Shown here: one piece after another, positions 34,550 through 45,517 of the stretch
Position numbering within the stretch: position 1 is the stretch's first letter
How the letters are laid out: each line of letters begins with the position of its first letter
Source: Eledone cirrhosa
Lineage: Eukaryota
Assembly (NCBI GenBank): GCA_964016885.1
Contig: OZ024740.1
Location: 437,162,001-437,226,000 of the forward strand
DNA length: 64,000 nucleotides
Direction: 5' to 3'
Notes under the pieces: generated by a model
What the model was told of the DNA's origin: nothing
Seen by the model: the letters and a program-made list of their open reading frames with translations, nothing else
Databases searched by the model: none
Position numbers and translations under genes: made by a program

Positions 34550-35927
34550 TAAAGAAACTGCTGACCTAAATGTACCTGTCATGCCTGTCTGAATTCCTAA
34601 GAGAATTTTCGGTCAGTTACTATCTTGACCGATTAACCTCCCAATTACTACGTAGCGGTTCTTGCACGTGACTTCTGGACCCGGATGAAACGAAGACGAA
34701 GAATTTCCTTGCGTACCGTTTTGTACCACAGATGCGATCTCACTCTGCCTCGTTAATGTTCTATCGACACCAAATTTCTACGTTCGGGGCAATAGAATTG
34801 AATCCAACCACCGACAACATAGTTGGATGACCGATAATCACCCCAAACCGGAGTACTGTGATCCTTGTGATTTCGAGATATACAACCACTGACACTGTTA
34901 CGAAGACCAGAAAACCATACTCCATAATATTGAACCAAATGATTGATTTGTGCGACCAAAATAACACCACACACATATTGAACTAGGAATATTGGATCCT
35001 CCGTCAATGTCTGGGTGAGCAAAAATAGATTTCTATCTGCATTGGAATTTACGAACTTGTGCATCTGCTGTGGTGTTAAAAACAAACGCACATGACCGCA
35101 CAGATAAACAATGGACTATGCCACGTGGCTTGAACCTGTAAGTGAATTGAAGGTTCTGTAACTCTGATATACAGATTATTTATTATTAAGATGTATAAAC
35201 TTGACATAACTATTATCATCTTATATTCTCTCAACTAATCACATTTGATCATATTTCTCTATCCCGTTTTCTCCCCCATAATTATAATATTTTTATTTGA
35301 AAAAATCGTTTTTTTTTACATTGAGTTTTCCCCTTCAAATACTTGCTTATATTTCTTTATATATTCTCTATATATTTTTTTTATATATATATTTTTTATT
35401 TTTATTCTTATTTTCACTTTTATCCTCCTTTATATTTTACATTATTCTTACTTGTATACCTTATTATAGTGTAATCTTCCCCATGCCTTATTATACATTA
35501 TTAATTATAGATTATTATTATTACTCTTTTTCCATTTCTAATTACCTCATGTACTTTCTCCTCCGGTATATATATATATATTGTATGCCCTTTGTGTTTG
35601 TGTAGCCTCTGCACACCCTCTGCACCCTACTATCGACGCCACCCCATCTATGGTTCAGCTAACCACTCGACTCCCGGGAATGAATATGACCGCAGCTAGT
35701 AAAAAAGGACCCACACCCCACCCTCCCGCACCAAAATTAGAGTTATCGTCCCCTACTTTTGCTCTTTACTCTCTTTACTCTTTGTTCTTGAATGTTTGGT
35801 TGGTAGAGTCCATAACACCAATCAAACCCCTTTTATAGCTCTGACGAATCCTACGGTTACGTAAGGAAGAAACATTGTAAGCCAATAAAAATCTTTTGAT
35901 GTTGTAGACGCTCTTGTGTTCTTTATC
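34550..35927 (+). mobile_element. Highly decayed PLE 3' fragment (ORF end, AT-rich UTR, hammerhead, AATAAA)
   Basis: WTMPRGLNL* near 35110-35140 matches the P-x-GLN ORF end of PLEs. Terminal hammerhead and poly(A) signal. Flanked by (TA)n. Confidence 0.5.
35838..35882 (+). ncRNA. Minimal type I hammerhead ribozyme
   Basis: GCT-CTGACGA-A-TCC TACG gtta CGTA a GGA-A-GAAA-C att GTA^AGC, followed by AATAAA at 35884. Same layout as the 17199 motif. Confidence 0.72.
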
Positions 35928-35943
35928 ATATATATATATATAT

Positions 35944-36051
<108 letters not shown>

Positions 36052-36130
36052 CGAAGGAAATGTGGTAAGGAACCAGGTGGACCATAACGCACCAAAGTAC
36101 TCAATACTTGAGGTAGTAGAGTGGGTAATA

Positions 36131-36242
36131 GGAACCAGTAAGACCCCGACAGCTGAGCTCAAGCCGTTTCGACGGCTAATTCTGGACTAAATGAACATTT
36201 ATCCTGGTATTTAAATAGCCGATCTTCTCAAGGGGTAATTCC
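36131..36242 (-). ncRNA. Type I hammerhead ribozyme, U3-A8 variant (inverted copy)
   Basis: Reverse complement of 38171-38282. Confidence 0.75.
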
Positions 36243-36327
36243 ATATATGGTCAAAGTGATTGTCAAAAATCAGTAGTAATTCTGTGGTTGCAAATTAGTA
36301 GGGGAGATGGTGGCTAAACCTGCCAGT

Positions 36328-37078
36328 AGGAAATATCCTACTGTCCAGATCCCATTAGCGGAACCAGCAGGAGACACCGCCGCTCACGCAATGTAACATG
36401 GTTCAATCCTCCCCACAACGCAGAGGTGACTACTCCCATCGGGAAACTATTCTTTAGGCTCATTGAAAAACACTTCCCATTACAACACCGCTACCACAAC
36501 ATAATTAACAAAAATACCATCAACTCTCTTACAGCACTACACCAAACTTCGCACAAAACATCGTCTCCTCTAACAACAAAAAACTCAACCCCGATGGCAG
36601 AAATAACCTAAATAGCAGTGGAGAACCGACCAGGAGGTGTAACTGCCCGGATAGATCTATTTGCCCACTCGACAATAGATGCAGAGACCGTAATGTGATC
36701 TACCAGTGCAACGTGAGGACGGATACCTCCAACAAAGCCTATATAGGACTTACCGCATGTGACTTCAAGACCCGGCTATACCAACATAGACATACCTTCC
36801 GAAACCCGGCCCGGCGTCACGCCACTACACTTTCGGGCCACATATGGGACCTCAAGGACAACAACATCACCTATGATCTCACTTGGAGATTACTGTCCAG
36901 AGCCAATTCTTACACGGGAGGACGCCGTCCGTGCAATTTATGCTCGGAGGAAACTTTACAAATGCTGTTTTCGACGGACCAACTCCTAAACAAGAAAGAT
37001 GAACTGGTTACTGCATGTAAACATAGATTGCGTAGGACTTACCTCGCCCTCAAACCCCATAATGACCCGGGGGGGTAG
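36328..37078 (+). pseudogene. 5'-truncated copy of the array PLE ORF (linker plus GIY-YIG) with a 1-nt deletion
   Basis: Matches 39858-40609 except CATCAACTC versus CATCAAACTC at about 36523. Confidence 0.93.
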
Positions 37079-38170
37079 ACTAGGGCTATAACACCCCAGT
37101 TGCCGATTTTGCAATGGGTAACCCCTGCTTGCCAAGGAAGACGTAAGATCTTCTTTGTATTCTTTTATCGCATCCTTTATTTCCTTCCCCCCTCTCTCCT
37201 TTGTCCTTCTACCCCAGCTCTTCTCCTTTGTCGGCGTCTTTTCTCGCCCACCCGAGGCTGCCCTTTGGCCCCATGTAGCCTTAGTACCCCCACTCCCCCC
37301 TCCCCTAGTCTTTGATAGATTTGGCGGACTCCGCCCTTTATAGCAGTTGGCTTAGACCCCGGATACTTGCCCCCCTTTTCCGACCGCTCCCACTATTCTC
37401 TGTGCCCTCTATATTTCTTAGTGGCACTTATGCCTTATTTTTTCGTTTCAGTATTTCTTGCTTCGCTTTTCTTCTGGGCGGGGTGGATTCTGAACTTATT
37501 TCTCCGTATTCTACCTTTATTTCGTACGAACTTTCATGTAGCTTGTTTTAGATCTTTTAGAGTTAGCATTAGTATATATTTTTCCCGGGACTCAGAATTA
37601 TTATGTCGTACAAGTTCACTTTGCTGCACTGGGTCGTTGCTGGCCCGGGATGGAAACCTTTATTGTTTATTTCGTGGTAGTCTCTTTAGTATTTTGGCCC
37701 CTTTTGTTGACCAGTCACCGTATCATTTACGTACTTATACCTCTTAAAAGGGTCCTTGCCTAATTCGTCCCACCTAGTTCTTTTACTTATTTCCTTATTT
37801 ATTTATTTATTTATTTATTTACTTCTTTCTTTCTTTCTTTATTTTATTCTCGCCTAACAATAGCCTGACACCTAGGTCGTAGAATTTAATTTTTTCTTTA
37901 CACTTATTTGCTTTTCTTCACTCTCAGTATTTTTTCTTTCCTATTTTTACCCCCCATTGTTCTACCTACCGTTCCGACTTCCTCCCCCTCCCCCTCCCCT
38001 GTATCTTCTTTGACCTCATGCCCAGCTGTAGCTGGCACTACCAACGCTTGATTGGGTCTACTCCACCCCCTCCCCTCTTTCTCCTACTGGCAGGTTTAGC
38101 CACCATCTCCCCTACTAATTTGCAACCACAGAATTACTACTGATTTTTGACAATCACTTTGACCATATAT

Positions 38171-38282
38171 GGAATTACCCCTTGAGAAGATCGGCTATTT
38201 AAATACCAGGATAAATGTTCATTTAGTCCAGAATTAGCCGTCGAAACGGCTTGAGCTCAGCTGTCGGGGTCTTACTGGTTCC
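38171..38282 (+). ncRNA. Type I hammerhead ribozyme, non-canonical U3-A8 core, extended stem II; predicted cleavage after 38265
   Basis: Stem I GGAATT-ACCCC / GGGGT-cttact-GGTTCC. Core TTGAGAA (38182-88). Stem II GA(t)CGGCTA...TAGCCG TC with inner hairpin TAAAT gttc ATTTA. GAAA (38243-46). Stem III CGGCT tgagctc AGCTG. GTC^. Confidence 0.78.
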
Positions 38283-38455
38283 TATTACCCACTCTACTAC
38301 CTCAAGTATTGAGTACTTTGGTGCGTTATGGTCCACCTGGTTCCTTACCACATTTCCTTCGTTATCTAGCTCCTACTCCCGTAGTAGAGCACTTTCCGAC
38401 CCTACCACGCCGTATCCAGACTTTTCCGCTAAGCTCAATTCATTTCACCCGCACC

Positions 38456-40609
38456 ATGCGAAAACACAACATTGACTTCTCTACCAAGAACATCCCAATC
38501 CCACCGAAAAAACTTTACCTTCGGATGCTCACGCAAAAAATTGATCTATTTGCGAAAAGACTTAGATGGAGAACTTTTTTCTATGACAGATATTGCGACA
38601 ACCAAGACTTCGGCACCAAGGAGAGATTCGGATTTATTACCTACAAATCTCCGCCCCTGAACCCCTTGCTCGCACCCTTCGAGAATGACCTCTTCCAACT
38701 GGTCAAGAATATTAAATTTAAACCCAGACACAACCGATTCCTACAAAAACTCCGTAGCAACTTAACAGAGTATGATAACACAAATGACATCATGGTGCAT
38801 TCGGATAAAACTGGGAACCTATACTTTGTCAACCCTGACAGATACCACACACTGATCAGGAGCAGCCTAAACTCCACCTATAAAAAGGCCAACCACTCTT
38901 GCATCGAGGACATAAATCGAGATGGACAACAAATCACCTCCAGCCTCGGGGTCGCCGACCGCACGGAACCTCTAGACCCACGGACACCATACTTCACACT
39001 GAAGGACCATAAATCCGATTTTGACCGTAAACCCTCCATCAGGCTTATTAACCCAACGAAGTCCGACATAGGGAGAATCAGCAAAAAAATCCTAGACCGC
39101 GTGATACCAAAAGTCAAGCAACACACCCGACTTAGCCTATGGATCAACACCCAGGAAGTAATCTCCTGGTTCAGCAATATGGAGGATAAACGAGAAACTA
39201 AATTCATACAGTTCGACATAGAGAGCTACTATGCTTCAATCACCTTACCGCTACTTACTGCCGCCTTGGACTTCGCCGAAACACTCGTGCCCATCACCGA
39301 CCAGGAAAGAAAAATCATCCTCCACGCCAGGAAGACAGTCTTACTCTTTGACGACTCTAAATGGATAAAAAGAGCTCCCGACTCACCCTTCGACGTCAGC
39401 ATGGGCGCCACGGATTCGGCGGAGGTCACTGATCTTATAGGATTATTCCTAATAGCCAAACTCACTGATATGTTTCCTGCATTCGGTGGTGGATTGTACC
39501 GTGATGATGGGCTCCTTACCCTTAAAGGGTACAACCCCAGTAGTACAGATCGGGTCCGGAAACAATTAATCAGATTCTTCCGCGACTGGGGATTTAAAAT
39601 AACCCTACAAACGTCCCTGACCCGAGTAAACTTCCTGGACGTAACCCTCGACCTCGAAAACGACCTGTACTACCCATACAGGAAACCTAATGACAATCTG
39701 CACTACATCCACCGCCGATCAAACCATCCTAGGAACATCACAAACAACCTGGTCAAAAACATCTCCCTCCGCATATCCCGTTTGTCAGCTAATGAGCGGA
39801 TATTCGATGAACATGCGCCTTATTACAACCAGGCCCTCAAGCGGAGTGGTTTCCGGGAGGAAATATCCTACTGTCCAGATCCCATTAGCGGAACCAGCAG
39901 GAGACACCGCCGCTCACGCAATGTAACATGGTTCAATCCTCCCCACAACGCAGAGGTGACTACTCCCATCGGGAAACTATTCTTTAGGCTCATTGAAAAA
40001 CACTTCCCATTACAACACCGCTACCACAACATAATTAACAAAAATACCATCAAACTCTCTTACAGCACTACACCAAACTTCGCACAAAACATCGTCTCCT
40101 CTAACAACAAAAAACTCAACCCCGATGGCAGAAATAACCTAAATAGCAGTGGAGAACCGACCAGGAGGTGTAACTGCCCGGATAGATCTATTTGCCCACT
40201 CGACAATAGATGCAGAGACCGTAATGTGATCTACCAGTGCAACGTGAGGACGGATACCTCCAACAAAGCCTATATAGGACTTACCGCATGTGACTTCAAG
40301 ACCCGGCTATACCAACATAGACATACCTTCCGAAACCCGGCCCGGCGTCACGCCACTACACTTTCGGGCCACATATGGGACCTCAAGGACAACAACATCA
40401 CCTATGATCTCACTTGGAGATTACTGTCCAGAGCCAATTCTTACACGGGAGGACGCCGTCCGTGCAATTTATGCTCGGAGGAAACTTTACAAATGCTGTT
40501 TTCGACGGACCAACTCCTAAACAAGAAAGATGAACTGGTTACTGCATGTAAACATAGATTGCGTAGGACTTACCTCGCCCTCAAACCCCATAATGACCCG
40601 GGGGGGTAG
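38456..40609 (+). CDS. PLE RT plus GIY-YIG endonuclease, intact, 717 aa (copy 1)
   Basis: First ATG is in GCACCATG context (the track's start at 38309 is a TTG). SDKTGN, IQFDIESYY, MGATDS, GLYRDDG, NFLDV; CNCPDRSICPLDNRC; VIYQC...AYIGLT...R...H...HIW...CNLCSEE...LN...CKH. Confidence 0.95.
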   Translation: MRKHNIDFSTKNIPIPPKKLYLRMLTQKIDLFAKRLRWRTFFYDRYCDNQDFGTKERFGFITYKSPPLNPLLAPFENDLFQLVKNIKFKPRHNRFLQKLRSNLTEYDNTNDIMVHSDKTGNLYFVNPDRYHTLIRSSLNSTYKKANHSCIEDINRDGQQITSSLGVADRTEPLDPRTPYFTLKDHKSDFDRKPSIRLINPTKSDIGRISKKILDRVIPKVKQHTRLSLWINTQEVISWFSNMEDKRETKFIQFDIESYYASITLPLLTAALDFAETLVPITDQERKIILHARKTVLLFDDSKWIKRAPDSPFDVSMGATDSAEVTDLIGLFLIAKLTDMFPAFGGGLYRDDGLLTLKGYNPSSTDRVRKQLIRFFRDWGFKITLQTSLTRVNFLDVTLDLENDLYYPYRKPNDNLHYIHRRSNHPRNITNNLVKNISLRISRLSANERIFDEHAPYYNQALKRSGFREEISYCPDPISGTSRRHRRSRNVTWFNPPHNAEVTTPIGKLFFRLIEKHFPLQHRYHNIINKNTIKLSYSTTPNFAQNIVSSNNKKLNPDGRNNLNSSGEPTRRCNCPDRSICPLDNRCRDRNVIYQCNVRTDTSNKAYIGLTACDFKTRLYQHRHTFRNPARRHATTLSGHIWDLKDNNITYDLTWRLLSRANSYTGGRRPCNLCSEETLQMLFSTDQLLNKKDELVTACKHRLRRTYLALKPHNDPGG

Positions 40610-41701
40610 ACTAGGGCTATAACACCCCAGTTGCCGATTTTGCAATGGGTAACCCCTGCTTGCCAAGGAAGACGTAAGATCTTCTTTGTATTCTTTTATC
40701 GCATCCTTTATTTCCTTCCCCCCTCTCTCCTTTGTCCTTCTACCCCAGCTCTTCTCCTTTGTCGGCGTCTTTTCTCGCCCACCCGAGGCTGCCCTTTGGC
40801 CCCATGTAGCCTTAGTACCCCCACTCCCCCCTCCCCTAGTCTTTGATAGATTTGGCGGACTCCGCCCTTTATAGCAGTTGGCTTAGACCCCGGATACTTG
40901 CCCCCCTTTTCCGACCGCTCCCACTATTCTCTGTGCCCTCTATATTTCTTAGTGGCACTTATGCCTTATTTTTTCGTTTCAGTATTTCTTGCTTCGCTTT
41001 TCTTCTGGGCGGGGTGGATTCTGAACTTATTTCTCCGTATTCTACCTTTATTTCGTACGAACTTTCATGTAGCTTGTTTTAGATCTTTTAGAGTTAGCAT
41101 TAGTATATATTTTTCCCGGGACTCAGAATTATTATGTCGTACAAGTTCACTTTGCTGCACTGGGTCGTTGCTGGCCCGGGATGGAAACCTTTATTGTTTA
41201 TTTCGTGGTAGTCTCTTTAGTATTTTGGCCCCTTTTGTTGACCAGTCACCGTATCATTTACGTACTTATACCTCTTAAAAGGGTCCTTGCCTAATTCGTC
41301 CCACCTAGTTCTTTTACTTATTTCCTTATTTATTTATTTATTTATTTATTTACTTCTTTCTTTCTTTCTTTATTTTATTCTCGCCTAACAATAGCCTGAC
41401 ACCTAGGTCGTAGAATTTAATTTTTTCTTTACACTTATTTGCTTTTCTTCACTCTCAGTATTTTTTCTTTCCTATTTTTACCCCCCATTGTTCTACCTAC
41501 CGTTCCGACTTCCTCCCCCTCCCCCTCCCCTGTATCTTCTTTGACCTCATGCCCAGCTGTAGCTGGCACTACCAACGCTTGATTGGGTCTACTCCACCCC
41601 CTCCCCTCTTTCTCCTACTGGCAGGTTTAGCCACCATCTCCCCTACTAATTTGCAACCACAGAATTACTACTGATTTTTGACAATCACTTTGACCATATA
41701 T

Positions 41702-41813
41702 GGAATTACCCCTTGAGAAGATCGGCTATTTAAATACCAGGATAAATGTTCATTTAGTCCAGAATTAGCCGTCGAAACGGCTTGAGCTCAGCTGTCGGGG
41801 TCTTACTGGTTCC
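41702..41813 (+). ncRNA. Hammerhead ribozyme, U3-A8 variant (copy)
   Basis: Identical to 38171-38282, offset +3531. Confidence 0.78.
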
Positions 41814-41986
41814 TATTACCCACTCTACTACCTCAAGTATTGAGTACTTTGGTGCGTTATGGTCCACCTGGTTCCTTACCACATTTCCTTCGTTATCTAG
41901 CTCCTACTCCCGTAGTAGAGCACTTTCCGACCCTACCACGCCGTATCCAGACTTTTCCGCTAAGCTCAATTCATTTCACCCGCACC

Positions 41987-44140
41987 ATGCGAAAACACAA
42001 CATTGACTTCTCTACCAAGAACATCCCAATCCCACCGAAAAAACTTTACCTTCGGATGCTCACGCAAAAAATTGATCTATTTGCGAAAAGACTTAGATGG
42101 AGAACTTTTTTCTATGACAGATATTGCGACAACCAAGACTTCGGCACCAAGGAGAGATTCGGATTTATTACCTACAAATCTCCGCCCCTGAACCCCTTGC
42201 TCGCACCCTTCGAGAATGACCTCTTCCAACTGGTCAAGAATATTAAATTTAAACCCAGACACAACCGATTCCTACAAAAACTCCGTAGCAACTTAACAGA
42301 GTATGATAACACAAATGACATCATGGTGCATTCGGATAAAACTGGGAACCTATACTTTGTCAACCCTGACAGATACCACACACTGATCAGGAGCAGCCTA
42401 AACTCCACCTATAAAAAGGCCAACCACTCTTGCATCGAGGACATAAATCGAGATGGACAACAAATCACCTCCAGCCTCGGGGTCGCCGACCGCACGGAAC
42501 CTCTAGACCCACGGACACCATACTTCACACTGAAGGACCATAAATCCGATTTTGACCGTAAACCCTCCATCAGGCTTATTAACCCAACGAAGTCCGACAT
42601 AGGGAGAATCAGCAAAAAAATCCTAGACCGCGTGATACTAAAAGTCAAGCAACACACCCGACTTAGCCTATGGATCAACACCCAGGAAGTAATCTCCTGG
42701 TTCAGCAATATGGAGGATAAACGAGAAACTAAATTCATACAGTTCGACATAGAGAGCTACTATGCTTCAATCACCTTACCGCTACTTACTGCCGCCTTGG
42801 ACTTCGCCGAAACACTCGTGCCCATCACCGACCAGGAAAGAAAAATCATCCTCCACGCCAGGAAGACAGTCTTACTCTTTGACGACTCTAAATGGATAAA
42901 AAGAGCTCCCGACTCACCCTTCGACGTCAGCATGGGCGCCACGGATTCGGCGGAGGTCACTGATCTTATAGGATTATTCCTAATAGCCAAACTCACTGAT
43001 ATGTTTCCTGCATTCGGTGGTGGATTGTACCGTGATGATGGGCTCCTTACCCTTAAAGGGTACAACCCCAGTAGTACAGATCGGGTCCGGAAACAATTAA
43101 TCAGATTCTTCCGCGACTGGGGATTTAAAATAACCCTACAAACGTCCCTGACCCGAGTAAACTTCCTGGACGTAACCCTCGACCTCGAAAACGACCTGTA
43201 CTACCCATACAGGAAACCTAATGACAATCTGCACTACATCCACCGCCGATCAAACCATCCTAGGAACATCACAAACAACCTGGTCAAAAACATCTCCCTC
43301 CGCATATCCCGTTTGTCAGCTAATGAGCGGATATTCGATGAACATGCGCCTTATTACAACCAGGCCCTCAAGCGGAGTGGTTTCCGGGAGGAAATATCCT
43401 ACTGTCCAGATCCCATTAGCGGAACCAGCAGGAGACACCGCCGCTCACGCAATGTAACATGGTTCAATCCTCCCCACAACGCAGAGGTGACTACTCCCAT
43501 CGGGAAACTATTCTTTAGGCTCATTGAAAAACACTTCCCATTACAACACCGCTACCACAACATAATTAACAAAAATACCATCAAACTCTCTTACAGCACT
43601 ACACCAAACTTCGCACAAAACATCGTCTCCTCTAACAACAAAAAACTCAACCCCGATGGCAGAAATAACCTAAATAGCAGTGGAGAACCGACCAGGAGGT
43701 GTAACTGCCCGGATAGATCTATTTGCCCACTCGACAATAGATGCAGAGACCGTAATGTGATCTACCAGTGCAACGTGAGGACGGATACCTCCAACAAAGC
43801 CTATATAGGACTTACCGCATGTGACTTCAAGACCCGGCTATACCAACATAGACATACCTTCCGAAACCCGGCCCGGCGTCACGCCACTACACTTTCGGGC
43901 CACATATGGGACCTCAAGGACAACAACATCACCTATGATCTCACTTGGAGATTACTGTCCAGAGCCAATTCTTACACGGGAGGACGCCGTCCGTGCAATT
44001 TATGCTCGGAGGAAACTTTACAAATGCTGTTTTCGACGGACCAACTCCTAAACAAGAAAGATGAACTGGTTACTGCATGTAAACATAGATTGCGTAGGAC
44101 TTACCTCGCCCTCAAACCCCATAATGACCCGGGGGGGTAG
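41987..44140 (+). CDS. PLE RT plus GIY-YIG, intact, 717 aa (copy 2, Leu variant)
   Basis: As copy 1, but T at 42639 gives RVILK instead of RVIPK. Confidence 0.95.
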   Translation: MRKHNIDFSTKNIPIPPKKLYLRMLTQKIDLFAKRLRWRTFFYDRYCDNQDFGTKERFGFITYKSPPLNPLLAPFENDLFQLVKNIKFKPRHNRFLQKLRSNLTEYDNTNDIMVHSDKTGNLYFVNPDRYHTLIRSSLNSTYKKANHSCIEDINRDGQQITSSLGVADRTEPLDPRTPYFTLKDHKSDFDRKPSIRLINPTKSDIGRISKKILDRVILKVKQHTRLSLWINTQEVISWFSNMEDKRETKFIQFDIESYYASITLPLLTAALDFAETLVPITDQERKIILHARKTVLLFDDSKWIKRAPDSPFDVSMGATDSAEVTDLIGLFLIAKLTDMFPAFGGGLYRDDGLLTLKGYNPSSTDRVRKQLIRFFRDWGFKITLQTSLTRVNFLDVTLDLENDLYYPYRKPNDNLHYIHRRSNHPRNITNNLVKNISLRISRLSANERIFDEHAPYYNQALKRSGFREEISYCPDPISGTSRRHRRSRNVTWFNPPHNAEVTTPIGKLFFRLIEKHFPLQHRYHNIINKNTIKLSYSTTPNFAQNIVSSNNKKLNPDGRNNLNSSGEPTRRCNCPDRSICPLDNRCRDRNVIYQCNVRTDTSNKAYIGLTACDFKTRLYQHRHTFRNPARRHATTLSGHIWDLKDNNITYDLTWRLLSRANSYTGGRRPCNLCSEETLQMLFSTDQLLNKKDELVTACKHRLRRTYLALKPHNDPGG

Positions 44141-45232
44141 ACTAGGGCTATAACACCCCAGTTGCCGATTTTGCAATGGGTAACCCCTGCTTGCCAAGGA
44201 AGACGTAAGATCTTCTTTGTATTCTTTTATCGCATCCTTTATTTCCTTCCCCCCTCTCTCCTTTGTCCTTCTACCCCAGCTCTTCTCCTTTGTCGGCGTC
44301 TTTTCTCGCCCACCCGAGGCTGCCCTTTGGCCCCATGTAGCCTTAGTACCCCCACTCCCCCCTCCCCTAGTCTTTGATAGATTTGGCGGACTCCGCCCTT
44401 TATAGCAGTTGGCTTAGACCCCGGATACTTGCCCCCCTTTTCCGACCGCTCCCACTATTCTCTGTGCCCTCTATATTTCTTAGTGGCACTTATGCCTTAT
44501 TTTTTCGTTTCAGTATTTCTTGCTTCGCTTTTCTTCTGGGCGGGGTGGATTCTGAACTTATTTCTCCGTATTCTACCTTTATTTCGTACGAACTTTCATG
44601 TAGCTTGTTTTAGATCTTTTAGAGTTAGCATTAGTATATATTTTTCCCGGGACTCAGAATTATTATGTCGTACAAGTTCACTTTGCTGCACTGGGTCGTT
44701 GCTGGCCCGGGATGGAAACCTTTATTGTTTATTTCGTGGTAGTCTCTTTAGTATTTTGGCCCCTTTTGTTGACCAGTCACCGTATCATTTACGTACTTAT
44801 ACCTCTTAAAAGGGTCCTTGCCTAATTCGTCCCACCTAGTTCTTTTACTTATTTCCTTATTTATTTATTTATTTATTTATTTACTTCTTTCTTTCTTTCT
44901 TTATTTTATTCTCGCCTAACAATAGCCTGACACCTAGGTCGTAGAATTTAATTTTTTCTTTACACTTATTTGCTTTTCTTCACTCTCAGTATTTTTTCTT
45001 TCCTATTTTTACCCCCCATTGTTCTACCTACCGTTCCGACTTCCTCCCCCTCCCCCTCCCCTGTATCTTCTTTGACCTCATGCCCAGCTGTAGCTGGCAC
45101 TACCAACGCTTGATTGGGTCTACTCCACCCCCTCCCCTCTTTCTCCTACTGGCAGGTTTAGCCACCATCTCCCCTACTAATTTGCAACCACAGAATTACT
45201 ACTGATTTTTGACAATCACTTTGACCATATAT

Positions 45233-45344
45233 GGAATTACCCCTTGAGAAGATCGGCTATTTAAATACCAGGATAAATGTTCATTTAGTCCAGAATTAGC
45301 CGTCGAAACGGCTTGAGCTCAGCTGTCGGGGTCTTACTGGTTCC
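45233..45344 (+). ncRNA. Hammerhead ribozyme, U3-A8 variant (copy)
   Basis: Identical to 38171-38282, offset +7062. Confidence 0.78.
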
Positions 45345-45517
45345 TATTACCCACTCTACTACCTCAAGTATTGAGTACTTTGGTGCGTTATGGTCCACCT
45401 GGTTCCTTACCACATTTCCTTCGTTATCTAGCTCCTACTCCCGTAGTAGAGCACTTTCCGACCCTACCACGCCGTATCCAGACTTTTCCGCTAAGCTCAA
45501 TTCATTTCACCCGCACC

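Noticed and set aside
38309-38455. 49-aa N-terminal extension of the array ORF
   Set aside because: It begins at TTG with no recognisable motif. ATG 38456 has a good Kozak context and precedes the conserved-looking FSTKNIP block. Non-AUG initiation is not excluded.
40631-41278. Short ORFs in the array's inter-ORF region as a second gene
   Set aside because: Low-complexity pyrimidine-rich UTR and no motifs. They recur only because the units are identical.
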